A stretch of DNA of 35,676 nucleotides. It comes from Sphaeroforma arctica JP610. Lineage: Eukaryota. The number at the start of each line of letters is the position of its first letter. Position 1 is the first letter of the stretch. Position numbers and translations under genes: made by a program. Location of the stretch: positions 1-35,676 of the forward strand of contig NW_014040332.1 of the NCBI RefSeq assembly GCF_001186125.1. Direction: 5' to 3'. The notes under the pieces were generated by a model. It had not been told where the DNA came from. It did not search any database and saw only the letters and a list, made by a program, of their open reading frames with translations. Of the stretch, positions 23,170-33,973 are shown piece after piece.

Positions 23170-24648
23170 TTGTAAAGCGCCCATCACGCTTACGCAAATA
23201 GTCAAACGCATCTTTGAAAAGTGCTTTCTTAATCTGATTACGAGCCACCCCGGCTCTGCTACCCATGCTACCCAAGCTGGTTTCCAATCACGGTACTCCT
23301 GTCATACCCAAGCACTTGCCGCCATGGAATCTGAGATACAGTCAGAAGAGGAGTGGAACGACGTTTGTCTGGACATTACCAAGGCATACGACAAGGTTGC
23401 TCTCCCACGCCTATGGGTACTTCTGCATCGGCATCCTACAAGGCTCAATCGTCGGCCCCCAGCTGTTCATTATCTACATGGATTCATTAGCTGTCACGTT
23501 AGCACAATTTCGGTCCAAGCTCCTCCGCTCTAGTTTATTTGTCGATGACACACGGATTCAAGCCCCTCAATCGGTTCCGCTCCAGCCCTTCTCAGATGAC
23601 ATTGATGCGCGGGGACGAAAATCTGGCCTCGAACAGGGTGTCATTAAACCCCGAGTACGATCTACCGACTTGCGACACGCGGCGCCAAATCTCCGTATAA
23701 ATGATGATCTTATCACGCCGACGCTTGCAGACGCACCTTGCAACACACGTTACCTCCCCCTGTAGATGGCGCCCGTACATGCCAAACCGAAACGCTCTTA
23801 ATATCTGAGGTTCCCACGCTCTCACGACCAGGGATCAACCTCGCCAGACATATGGAATCCCTGGTTGCAGCATTGTCTATAGGTATCGCCTCTTTCCGCG
23901 CTTATGGCTTCCAAGGCTTCAGCTGGCGACACCCCCGCAACCGACTGGTGCTGTTCGAAATATTCCTCCTATCCACGGCTACATATGGCCTGAATATTAT
24001 TGCCTGGGCTCCGCCTATATGGAAGGATGCGTTGGACCCCCTGTTCGAGCGCTTTAACTCAGCACTCATCTAAGCAGCAGCCATCATCACGGGCACTAAA
24101 TATTCTCGCTTTTCCACTTTTGTGGCCTGCTCTCCGCGCGACCATTCGCGGGCTACCTCGGAGGTTGCCTGGGAATACAACTCGATTCAATGGCCAGCAC
24201 AAATACACTCACCCCCCTGACGCAACCCGCCTTGGCCCACGACAAACCATCACTGCGCTTCCCGTACAGTATCTATGCTCACATGAAAACTGTACACTAA
24301 ACCACGGGCGGGCGTACACCCGACCATGTAGCCCTCCGCCAACGCTGTGACGACATCAGGAAGAACTCAACAAATCGCTGGTCCAACAAGGAGATCGCGG
24401 CAATGGCCCGGCGCCAATACTACTACCAACTGTTTATAGGTAAACCGCCAACCTCAAACCGAGACAAAGCCAGACACGACAGCTTCAACCGCTGCTTCGA
24501 GCCTACACCAATCCGGCTCTGTGCTATGGTTGTAACGAATACGTACATGTTCACATTGATCAACTACCGCACCGACGGCTGTCTCTGCCCTGTCTGCCCG
24601 GTAGCCACAAGTTCACCACCAGCCACTTTACCTGCATACAACAACTGA
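23170..24648 (+). mobile_element. 5'-truncated, degenerate non-LTR (LINE-like) retrotransposon RT
   Basis: PITLTQIVKRIFEK, QAGFQ, VCLDITKAYDKV, (frameshift) GILQGSIVGPQLFIIYMD, LFVDD, post-RT RNRLVLFEIFLLSTATYG, and a possible C-terminal Cys motif CLCPVC. Confidence 0.85.
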
Positions 24649-25991
24649 TTCGACGCATCCTTTTAGGCCCGAAACTGTCGCCCATTGGCCCTGACCTCCT
24701 TCAGCAATTACAGGAGTGCCACGACTTCCACGGTATCTGGACCCTCCACGAACACCTTGGATCTTTTCTCCAGCATGTAGAAGAACCACCGTACCCTCAC
24801 CCGTCTCTGACACATCAGCAGATGTTCCCCATACCCCGGCTAATCACGCTGTTGAAGTACTACTTCCAAATTTCGGTTCAAACCAAATCATCGCGCTTCT
24901 TGGTTCCGCCTATGATACTTCCGATCCAGGCCAGCTAGCACATACCGAATGTATCCGTGGTCTGGTGCGGCATTGGCTCACCCCCATCCTCGCTCCTCGA
25001 CCGAATTATGACGGATAACCTGGTCCTACTCGGTATTTCGTACTCTGCACTAACCCAGTCCACGGTACTACACGGCGCAGACCCGATCCGTACCACAGAG
25101 GTGGGTACGCTACTTAGTAGGTCAGCAAGCGAACACATGGCACATTCGATGATATCAGTGTTTTGTCAGCCCTGGCCCGAATTGACTCGGCGCATGTCCT
25201 CCATCGTCGACTCACTCGGCCCAAGCTTCAAACGGAAATTCACTGACCACTTTTTCCCATCGATCTTTCCCGAACCACTACAACGGCTACGAGAGCCATA
25301 CCATATGTTCATACATTGTAACATACATACATTGTAACTTATCTTTTTTTGAAATTAATAATATTATCCCTATACCTGCCGCTCCTGAGTCCGGCTGGAT
25401 AGCCTTGGGATCCTGTCGCCCTACAGGCCGAGATAACGTGGCCCGTTCCGGGAGTGCTGACACATCAGAGTCAGCAATTCGTCCATTATCAGACGGCGTA
25501 TGCAGCGCAACATTGCACTGGTCTGCCAAAAATTTCTCTGCACGCTGATATACCACATTGCTGGCGCCACCCAAGTTGTGCTGTTCTGATTGACTACGCA
25601 AAAGAGGGGTTGCACTCTTCCCCAAAAAGCTTTCGTTCTGGGATACCAACGTTGTTGGCTGAAAAGGCCGCAGTTTCCGCTGATGTTTGTGCATCACGAG
25701 GTGATTCATCTAGAAAAAAATTCAACAAGGATCTACTCGCCATGTAGATGAGGAGTTCCTGCAAGGGATGCACCGTCACCTGCGGATCTTTCCGCAGTGC
25801 ACGGACAAACGCTGCGACTGCTGCATGCGAGGTGTCTTTGCGCAAATGGTACCATTCATCCGCATATAGCGTGGCCATCGCCACTAGCCGCATGTGGATG
25901 CCTTGCATGCCAGAAAGCATGTTCAGCTGGATCTTGCTACAAAACTGCTGGTCGATATACAGGCTCAGCATTTGTTCCTTGGCTTCACTTT

Positions 25992-26062
25992 GGCCATCGC
26001 CAAGATTTGTGAGTGCCGGAGAGGCCATCGCCAAGATTTGTGAATGCCCGAGAGGCTATCGC
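25992..26062 (+). repeat. 31 bp tandem repeat (2+ copies)
   Basis: ggccatcgccaagatttgtga(g/a)tgcc(g/c)gaga. Confidence 0.85.
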
Positions 26063-26999
26063 CTTATTAATCGATGCACTCCACGCAAGAAGAAAAAAAG
26101 TCATCGCTCTGAACCATGCTGCCTATTCTGATAACAACTCTAACTAGTTCACCAACTGGTCGCACCTGCATATCTAGCGAATTCATGTAGCGCCCACTTT
26201 ATATTCTCTAAACTGCCAACTGAATAGAATTTCACCTCACCTGCAAATATATCAGTTATAAAGATTACATTGTTGTCTTGTGTATTTTTAAAGATGAATT
26301 ATATGAGTAGTGACGATAACAAACAACAATATACTTTTACGCTTATAGTTGAAGTACGAATAAACGTCTACCGTGTTTGTTGTGTTGTAGAAATACGGCC
26401 TCCGGTCAGTCTAAAATATCAAGATCAAATGAGATAACACATTGGTTTTTATTTGTATTTAAAATAATTTAATTCAAGTTATTTTTCCTATATTTCCAAA
26501 GTGTTCTAAATTCACTTTGATGGCTCCAATAGCCTGAGTATTTGGTATGACTCATTTACTTGGACCTATTTGAGACGATAGTAGATGTAGAATATTATAA
26601 ACTAAATTTTATAATCTCTGAACTACTACTTATAGGTTTTGGTCTCCCCGCCAACCTCCAAAATCCAATAAGTCTTTTTCTTTTTATCTTTTCTTCAGAT
26701 GGAACTTTGTTTATATTAGCTAATGTATTAACTTGACATACGTTCTTATGTCTATCTACAAATTAGACATGTGGTCATGAACACTTAGTACTTCTAGTGA
26801 AAATTATCGTAATAACATGGAACTAGCTAAGGCCATGGATCAAAGACTCAAAGCTCTTAGGGAACCTGAAGCTCGCACTTTAAAGTGCTGCTTAAAGAAC
26901 AGCCAGGTAGCTGCGAAANNNNNNNNNNNNNNNNNNNNTCATCCAGCCAGCGCTACACAGAATCTGATTGACTCAGAAGAGCTCGTGAGTAGAAGTTAA

Positions 27000-28258
27000 A
27001 AAAAGTAATTTAACTCATCGAGCATATGAGCATACTTTATAAGATGGCTATTCGTGCAGGGCTTGATCACCCGGCGCTGAAAGGAACCATACGTGAAGTA
27101 TACCGACGCTGTACTGATTGTGAAAAGAACCAGATCGAGCGCTACGGTTGGGCACCCCTAAAAAGTGTGACAGAAGACCAATCGATGCGCCGAGTCATAG
27201 TCGATTTGATTAAACTCCCGCGATCCAAGCATACTGGCGATGTATATATCTGTCTTTTCTTATGTGTGGCTCCGGGCTGTAACTTGCTTTATGCAATACC
27301 GAGCAAACGCCCGCAAACAGTGGCAGAGTTATGCTATCACGTCTTTAATGACTTCGGTTTCCTCCGAGTACTATGTTCTGATAACGGTAGAGAGTTTTGT
27401 ACCGATTTAGGGTTTAGGGTTTTAGATGACCCATAGGCGTGGTGTTCCTTATAAACCTCACACGCAGGGTGCAAATGAAACATGTCATAGAGAACTGAAG
27501 AAGCTATTGCGTACCGCACTAGATGACGCTGAGGATAAGTGGCCTTTTCATTTAAAATGGGTTCAGACTCGAATGAATAACTGCATGAATCCTCAGACTG
27601 GAACACTCCCATTTCACTATTTCTTTGGCCGCTATAGTGAATGACAAGCAACGTTTGACAAAACTGCGCCCGAGAAACACGTAACTCCGTGGCTACAAAA
27701 GATCGAGCAAATGCAGAACGTTGTTTACCCCTGTTTACTCGAGCACAAAAATCGTGTCCTACTTAAAGCGTATGACCGATGGAATAACACTAAGAACAAT
27801 GTTCAATCCAAAGTTGGCGATTATGTTACTATTGAAAATCGCAATGCCAACGTTACCGAACTCTCTTCTACGATAATTGGACCTTTTGTTATTTCTTACC
27901 ATGATGGGAAGAGTGATACTTACGAAGTGAATAACATAGATGGTACTAGCTCAACTAATCTAGACACTCACCGTATCCCTACCTCCGAACTCTCATTCGC
28001 TCGCTCATTTGATTCTGATGTCTCAGTTATGGAGTCACAAGTCAAAGATATAATTGACAAACATCCGAAGACGGTTACACTTACTACAAGAACCGTTTTA
28101 TGGATGGGACAGTAGCTTGGCTAACCTCCGATGCGTTTCGTGAATCTCGCGACTTCCTTCGTATATTTATTAGGAAATGGAATAAGCGTTTACATAAGAA
28201 CACACGAGATAAACGGGAAAGGATTTCCTCAGGTGACTACAAACCCGGATGGATATGA
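27000..28258 (+). mobile_element. Degenerate Ty3/Gypsy integrase (CTDC zinc finger, D,D,E core, GPF module, chromodomain-like tail)
   Basis: VYRRCTDC, RVIVDLIKLP, CSDNGREF, YKPHTQGANE, IIGPFVI. After a frameshift near 28060 it reads VKDIIDK-TSEDGYTYYKNRFMDGTVAWLTSDAF. Confidence 0.9.
27406..27425 (+). repeat. Interstitial telomere-like repeat (TTTAGGG)2 TTTTAG
   Basis: tttagggtttagggttttag lies inside the integrase core. Confidence 0.7.
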
Positions 28259-28667
28259 AATTTCTTATTTGCCACCTGCTTCCTATGTGACTAAACTTTC
28301 TGATCTGCTTACCAACAGAGCAGAAAATTCTTCGAACTTACTCACTAATTTATTTTTTATTTTCTCAAGTTGGACTTAGAGGTATTTTATTGGTTAGTTT
28401 GATTGGGTGATTGTTTCGAGGCGTGAACTGTAAACTATGCGTCCAATGAAGTGATATCTAGTCTTATTAACTAAAACATAAATAAATCTAGACCGAAGTA
28501 GTGAGTGATTAGAGCGGAGCATATAGACAATAGTCTCAGTCTAAAATTCCCTATTCTTTTTCTCATTACCAAGGGCTGAAGCTAAACTTATTTAGCATTT
28601 TAATTTTTAACGTATTAACGTATTGTCTTAGTAACGTAAACAGCCTAGAGGAGACCGACTTTTACAT

Positions 28668-29245
28668 ATGTTTAAGTTTAAATACGCTATCGATATTATA
28701 ACGAAAGGAAAAAATAAGGCAGCGAATGTAGCTAAGGCTGCAAACGCGAAAGGGTTTGCTGTAGGTGAAGAAAAGCAGAAAACACCCCCGGTACTATCAG
28801 TAAAAGCTGAAGCAACTGAGATCACGCCGGTACAACCGGCACCAACTCTGATTAAACAGAAATGTAAGTAGTTGGTTGACTCGTGTGTAGGTGCATCCGG
28901 AGGTAACGTGACTACGAAGCCACAGAAGCCGCCAGCGAAGAAGGCGAAATCTCAAAAGGGAAAAGCCGAGAAAACGCAATCCTCGGAAAATTCAACTTCA
29001 GAGAAAGTGCGACATGCACTGGAATCAGATGTATCATCCCCACCAGTGGACACGCGCACAGCACGTAGGCAAGATCCTACTTACCATATGATAGCAAGGG
29101 ATAGGAGAACCTTCCTGAAGAACTACCAACCAATGGTACATGAATTGAGACCTACTAAGCAGCGGAAGAAACAGCAAGCCGCAGCGAAGGATCAAAGTCA
29201 TGGTGAATAAGGGGAAGATGACTCGGAGGATGTGCCAATAGTGTA
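28668..29245 (+). pseudogene. Lys/Ala/Pro-rich low-complexity ORF of unknown function, interrupted by in-frame stops
   Basis: ORFs 28668-28871 and 28872-29210 are in the same frame, separated by a single TAG. An acidic tail GEDDSEDVPIV follows the next stop. Confidence 0.45.
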
Positions 29246-30039
29246 AGATTCGGTCTATTAAGGCGATATTAACGCCTTAGAGTAAATAAACGCGTAGGTA
29301 AATTCTAAGTATCGTGAAAATATCAAAGTAAAAACGAAATGAGACGTTTAGTAAAGTTAGGTATGCCTCGTGAAAACAGCAATACTCTGAGGGATTGTGA
29401 GGCTGAGACATTGCCTATATATAATCCTCTCAGTACTGTTTCCGCCGAAGGGATTTTATTTAGTGTTTCGTTGTCGCTCTATTAGACACTATGGTATGTT
29501 TCATTGGGGCGAATCCGAGAGACTCTTAAAATCCTATCTTTAGAAGAAAAAAAATAAAAAATACTCTTGATGTCCTTAGTTATTGTCTTAACCAATAACT
29601 TGCCACTATCAATAGTACATTGTATCATACATACTTGCCATTTTTGAAATAAACAATATTATCCCTATCAATATTACCGACTTAGCCCTCATCAGGCTGG
29701 CACATCTGGTTGGCTGATCGGAGGATCAACTAGGTAACGTTAATAGTCCCTAGAAACCTATATTCGGTTGAGCCATCTCGTTACTGAAGTATTCAGATAT
29801 AAATAAAGTTGGAAAGTAAATATAGTTCTATTAATAGAACTAGACCAACCCATATGTTTGGTATTTTACTGAGGCCTTGTAATGGCCTCGTCCAAATATC
29901 TGGTATGTAAAATGGAAAAGGTATTAATTAATAAAAGCATTAAAAACCATTTAGGAAACTTAAGTTCCTCGTACTATTAAGAGTACGTTTATAATTTACG
30001 TACTGCTTAAGAGTACGTTTATAACGTAGAGTCTAATGT

Positions 30040-30077
30040 GGAGGCCCGGCTTATTACACAGCCCCAACCCTGCTTTG
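30040..30077 (-). promoter_or_regulatory. Candidate polypurine tract and start of the 3' LTR of the minus-strand Ty3 element
   Basis: The minus strand reads AAAGCAGGGTTGGGGC|TGTGTAATAAG about 140 nt after the pol stop. The PPT is imperfect and the LTR end is not established. Confidence 0.4.
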
Positions 30078-30197
30078 AGACCCACGAGAAGCAAGATGCC
30101 CACTCAAGCTGATATTGGATCAAAAAGCGAGAAAGGAAGAACGGGTCGAAAACATTAAGTAGCATAACTTATAGTTAATGTTTCTCAGGCGGAGAAG

Positions 30198-31542
30198 CTA
30201 AGCGTTCTCGGTTACCCTGTGAGTTTTGGGCTTGAGTCCAGTAGGTCCGTGGTGGTCGACTGCACGTTTCTTACGCTTCAGTGTCTTAAGCACATATGAA
30301 GGGTGAGCATTAAAGCTCGGGATAAATGCTGTAGACTGATAAGTTTTAACTTCCGTGCCTTCAGACGNNNNNNNNNNNNNNNNNNNNATAAAGCTTGTAC
30401 GGTAGTATGTATAGCCTCCCTTATCCGTTCTCCATATAATGTCTTTAAATTCAGAATGATCAAGAGGAGCATTAGAGTCATGTCTTCTTGCGAGTCCTAT
30501 ATTAAGCGCACTAGAACCATCGGGGTTATTTACCTCGTACGTTCCACTTTTAGTGTCTGCTACAGAGATTACATATGAACCTATCCATTTAGATGTTAAT
30601 ACAGTAGCATCGGAATTACGTTGATGGATGTTAACTCTGTCACCGACCTGATACTCTGCTATCTTCTTGGTAGTGTTCCAACGCTTTTTCCCTTTTAATA
30701 AGGCTATATTGCGTATTTCTCGCAAGCAAGGATATACAACGTTATAATTATGTTTGTACCTTCTCTAACCATGGTATCTCATGGTGATCAGGTTCGTCCT
30801 TGTTAAACGGGGTTTGTAACTCACTATATCTGCCACGAAAATAGTGAACGGGTGTAGTTCCTGTAATCAGATCAGCACACTCGTTCATCTGTGTTTGTAC
30901 CCACTTAAGATGGTACGGCCAATCATCTGCATCATCCGTTAATGCAGTACACAAGAAGAACTTAAGTCTTCTATGGCGCGTTTCATTCGCGCCTTGCGTT
31001 TGCGGCTTATATGGCACACCTCTCTTATGGCATATGCCTGATACGAGTACTAGCAATTTCATTACATCATCGCAGAACTCACTACCGTTATCAGTGCACA
31101 TAATACCTGGGCACCCGTGGTCAGCAAAGACTTGGCAACATAATTCTGCCACGGTCTGCATATTCTTATCCTTTAATGGATAGAGCAAGTTAAACCGTGG
31201 CGCCACATCAAAGAAGTGGCATACGTAACGGTCGCCTATGTGCTCGGACGTGGGCAGGTCAACCAGATCAATAATGACCCTGCGCCATGGAACATCTTCA
31301 GTCACACTCTTAAGCAGGGCAAACCCAAAGCGCTTGATCTGATTGAGATCACAGTCTGTACATGACTGATATACTCTGTCAACTAAAGCTGCCAGCTTAA
31401 GGTGCGCGATCCCATTTTGCTTAGCATCTTCAAGTGTGTCTACTACGTTCTGGTGCTTCAGCTTATGGTTTTGCGTCAGCCAAGCAAAAATGTTTTCATC
31501 ATTCTGCTCCTCCAGAATAAAGGTAGGGTGTTGAGAATCCAC
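30198..31542 (-). pseudogene. Ty3 integrase
   Basis: HKLKH...CTDC, RVIIDLVDLP, TDNGSEF-(35 residues between D and E)-QGANE, YQVGDRV...KWIGSYVI (GPY/F-like), and tail FKDIIWRTDKGGYTYYRTSF. Confidence 0.92.
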
Positions 31543-31934
31543 TTGTGTGGTCTCTAAGTCTGTGGTGTTTTCAGACTCCTATCCTGCTTTCGCATGAGTG
31601 TCATAAGTGCGCTCATGTGCGTTAGATACACCTGACTTATTAAATAGTCGCATTATACATGTATACGCTTCTGAATTGTCTTTTATTAATCCCTTTAGAA
31701 ATAGGGTTTGAAAGATCTCGGGCTTGGACTTTATGTTAATAAACAGAGTCCTAGCTAGAGACTGACGCTTCTTAACAGTAGTGTCATTAGTAGATTGTAT
31801 TTCTTGTGCACAGACTTCAAATGCTGTGCTGCCTTTGAACTGCTTAACGCTCAATTGGGTAGAGAGTGGAATCTCTGATTCTTTGACCTTGTTAAGGAAG
31901 GTCTCAGAAGGGGTTCATTTGGTTGTTCCAATGG

Positions 31935-32392
31935 GACCTATACGATATATTATAGTATGTTTCCAGGGCGTCTTCTGGACGGCTCGGGTACCCTGATATA
32001 GGAAAGTATCTACTTCCCTATTTTTATATATTGGCTCGCATTGTATCATGCTTATTAATTTATTGAGCCATCGATCGTTACTCTGTAATGGGCAACACAA
32101 CGCGATGGTAGTTTTATGTATATGAACATAATTTAATAGCTGGGCAATTAACTGCCATGGTGGCTTTATGTATATGAACATAATTTAATAGCTGGGCAAT
32201 TAACTGCCATGGTGGATTAGCCCACGCATTATGTTTGGAGAGGTCTATTTGGAAGGCGTCTCCCAAAGGATGATTTAAAGTCCTGTAATTTGATAGTTGT
32301 GCATTATGATGTGCAGCAAACATATCTACAGTATGTGACCCAAATATCTTTTGAGCCAGTTCAAACCACCTGGGGTTACATTTCCAGTCAGT
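31935..32392 (-). pseudogene. Dam-like DNA N6-adenine methyltransferase domain fused within pol
   Basis: After collapsing the 52 bp duplication: TDWKCNPRWFELAQKIFGSHTVDMFAAHHNAQLSNYRTLNHPLGDAFQIDLSKHNAWANPPWQLIAQLLNYVHIHKTTIALCCPLQSNDRWLNKL...DTFLY...KTPW. This has the SAM-binding D-x-FA..NA motif and the catalytic NPPW motif (32207-32218). Confidence 0.85.
32113..32215. repeat. Tandem duplication with a 52 bp period (51 identical nt)
   Basis: 32113-32163 is identical to 32165-32215. Confidence 0.95.
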
Positions 32393-32434
32393 GGCTAGTA
32401 ACTCACGTACGGATTTACTAAAGTCCGGTACGAA

Positions 32435-32800
32435 GCGTGATAACATATCCGGTAAATGGTTATGTATTCCTGACAGATGTTTTATATCAAAATGAAACTT
32501 TGATATTGTATCATGCCAGCGACTCAGTAATTGTGAGTCGGGTTTTATCTCTTTCATATATTGAAGGAATTTCTGATCACACATCAGCGGAAATGCTGTT
32601 CCGTATAAGTAATCTCGGAAGTGTGTTAGAGCTGCCACTATGGCTAATAGCTCTTGTTTAACAGTTGGGTAATTCAACTGTGAAGCATTCATTGCTCGAC
32701 TAAAGAATTGTATACATCTAGGTTTGTTATCTATAACCTGATATAATACTCCTCCTAAGGCTAAGTCGGAGGCGTCCGTTGCAATTTCAAACGACACGCC
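32435..32800 (-). pseudogene. Ty3-type RNase H
   Basis: FEIATDASDLALGGVLYQ...IQFFSRAMNASQLNYPTVKQELLAIVAALTHFRDYLYG...LSRW...HLSGIHNHLPDMLSR. Confidence 0.92.
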
Positions 32801-33183
32801 ATCGAACAGAGGCTTGCTGGACTGCATGTTTGAGCGCTTTAAATGAGTCATCACACTCTTTAGTCCACAAGTCTCCTAGTTTGCCTTTATGACATCTTAA
32901 GTGTCCAAAAGGTTTAAGGTAGTCAGCTAAGTGTGGTAATCCATCTGAAAAGAAGTTTACAAACCCACACATGTTGTTAACATCTCTTCCTGTAATTGAT
33001 GTTCGCCAATCTAACAGGTGTTCTACCTTACCGGGGTCGATTTTAATACCTTCCCCAGATATTCGGTAGCCTAAGAGCTGTATTTCGCTCATGGCGAAGT
33101 GGCATTTTTTCTCCGTCTGACTAGTGCGGTGTGTTCGCCCTTAGTTAGTATGTTGTGATTCTTGTTTTCCTTGTGACTTGTTG

Positions 33184-33348
33184 TTTAGTATTTCTAGCCG
33201 GTTTCAATAGGGAAAGTATTTGTTTATGCTGCACTTGCTGTTTAGTATTTCTACCCAGTTTCAATAAGGAAAGTACTTGTTTATGCTGCACTGGTTAATT
33301 AGTATTTCTACCGAGTTTTAATGGTGAAAGCATGTGTTTATGCTGCAC
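33184..33348 (+). repeat. 57 bp tandem repeat, 3 copies
   Basis: ttagtatttcta....gtttcaata.ggaaagta.ttgtttatgctgcac. Confidence 0.9.
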
Positions 33349-33925
33349 CCCACGCTTGGGCAACAATTGACGATCCTTGTGCATATTGCACTGGTTTCTT
33401 CTTTTGTCTTCGGGTTTGTCTCGTATCGAAAGGTTTCATTGGGAAAGGCTTATATGGTAGTGAAATGAGAGGTTATTATGGTAGAGTTTTGTCTCCGGGC
33501 CAGCCAAAATATAGTAGGAAGTACAATGGACATATGGCATTTTATTTTTGTCTTCAAGGATATAAATAAATACACCAGTTGGTAGTTTGGTACATAAATA
33601 CGTGGATGCGGATTGAGGTGCAATGATTTTAGTGTGACAGACTTGAAACTTGACAGGCTTGAAAGCCTCAAAATCTCACAGAACTTTTTGGCGCCATAGT
33701 GAGAACTAGCGTTCGGTTATCTGTATTTATTTACGACGCTATTCAGTAAAAAAAATACCAGAAGACTATGGTTTTCAACGTTTACCGAAGAATGTTGAAT
33801 ATTTTCGTTCCCCAGTGTAAACGTAAATATAGTATTTATGTATTTTCAGGTCCCTTGCGTTTATTTATTTATTTTGGTTTTTTAACGGTTAAAAAGAAAA
33901 TACCGCCAGACTTGATGAGAGTTGA

Positions 33926-33973
33926 GACTGAGACTCCGAGTCTGACTGAGACTCCGAGTCTGACTGAGAGTCT
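33926..33973 (+). repeat. 18 bp tandem repeat (2+ copies) with internal dyad symmetry
   Basis: gactgagactccgagtct x2 followed by gactgagagtct. Confidence 0.85.

Larger units (their letters stand above)
30198..33113 (-). mobile_element. 5'-truncated Ty3/Gypsy pol: RT(C-term)-RNase H-N6-adenine MTase-linker-integrase-(chromo-like)
   Basis: EKKCHFAMSEIQLLGYRISGEGIKIDPGKV (RT end), TDASDLALGGVL/QELLAIV/PDMLSR (RH), NPPW MTase and an HHCC + D,D(35)E integrase. Breaks seen: frameshifts near 32815 and 30745, a 52 bp duplication, and in-frame stops at 31915 and 31579. Confidence 0.92.

Noticed and set aside
30198..33113. DIRS element, since RH followed by MT is typical of DIRS
   Set aside because: The RNase H is Ty3-type, a D,D(35)E integrase follows in frame, and no tyrosine recombinase motif was seen.
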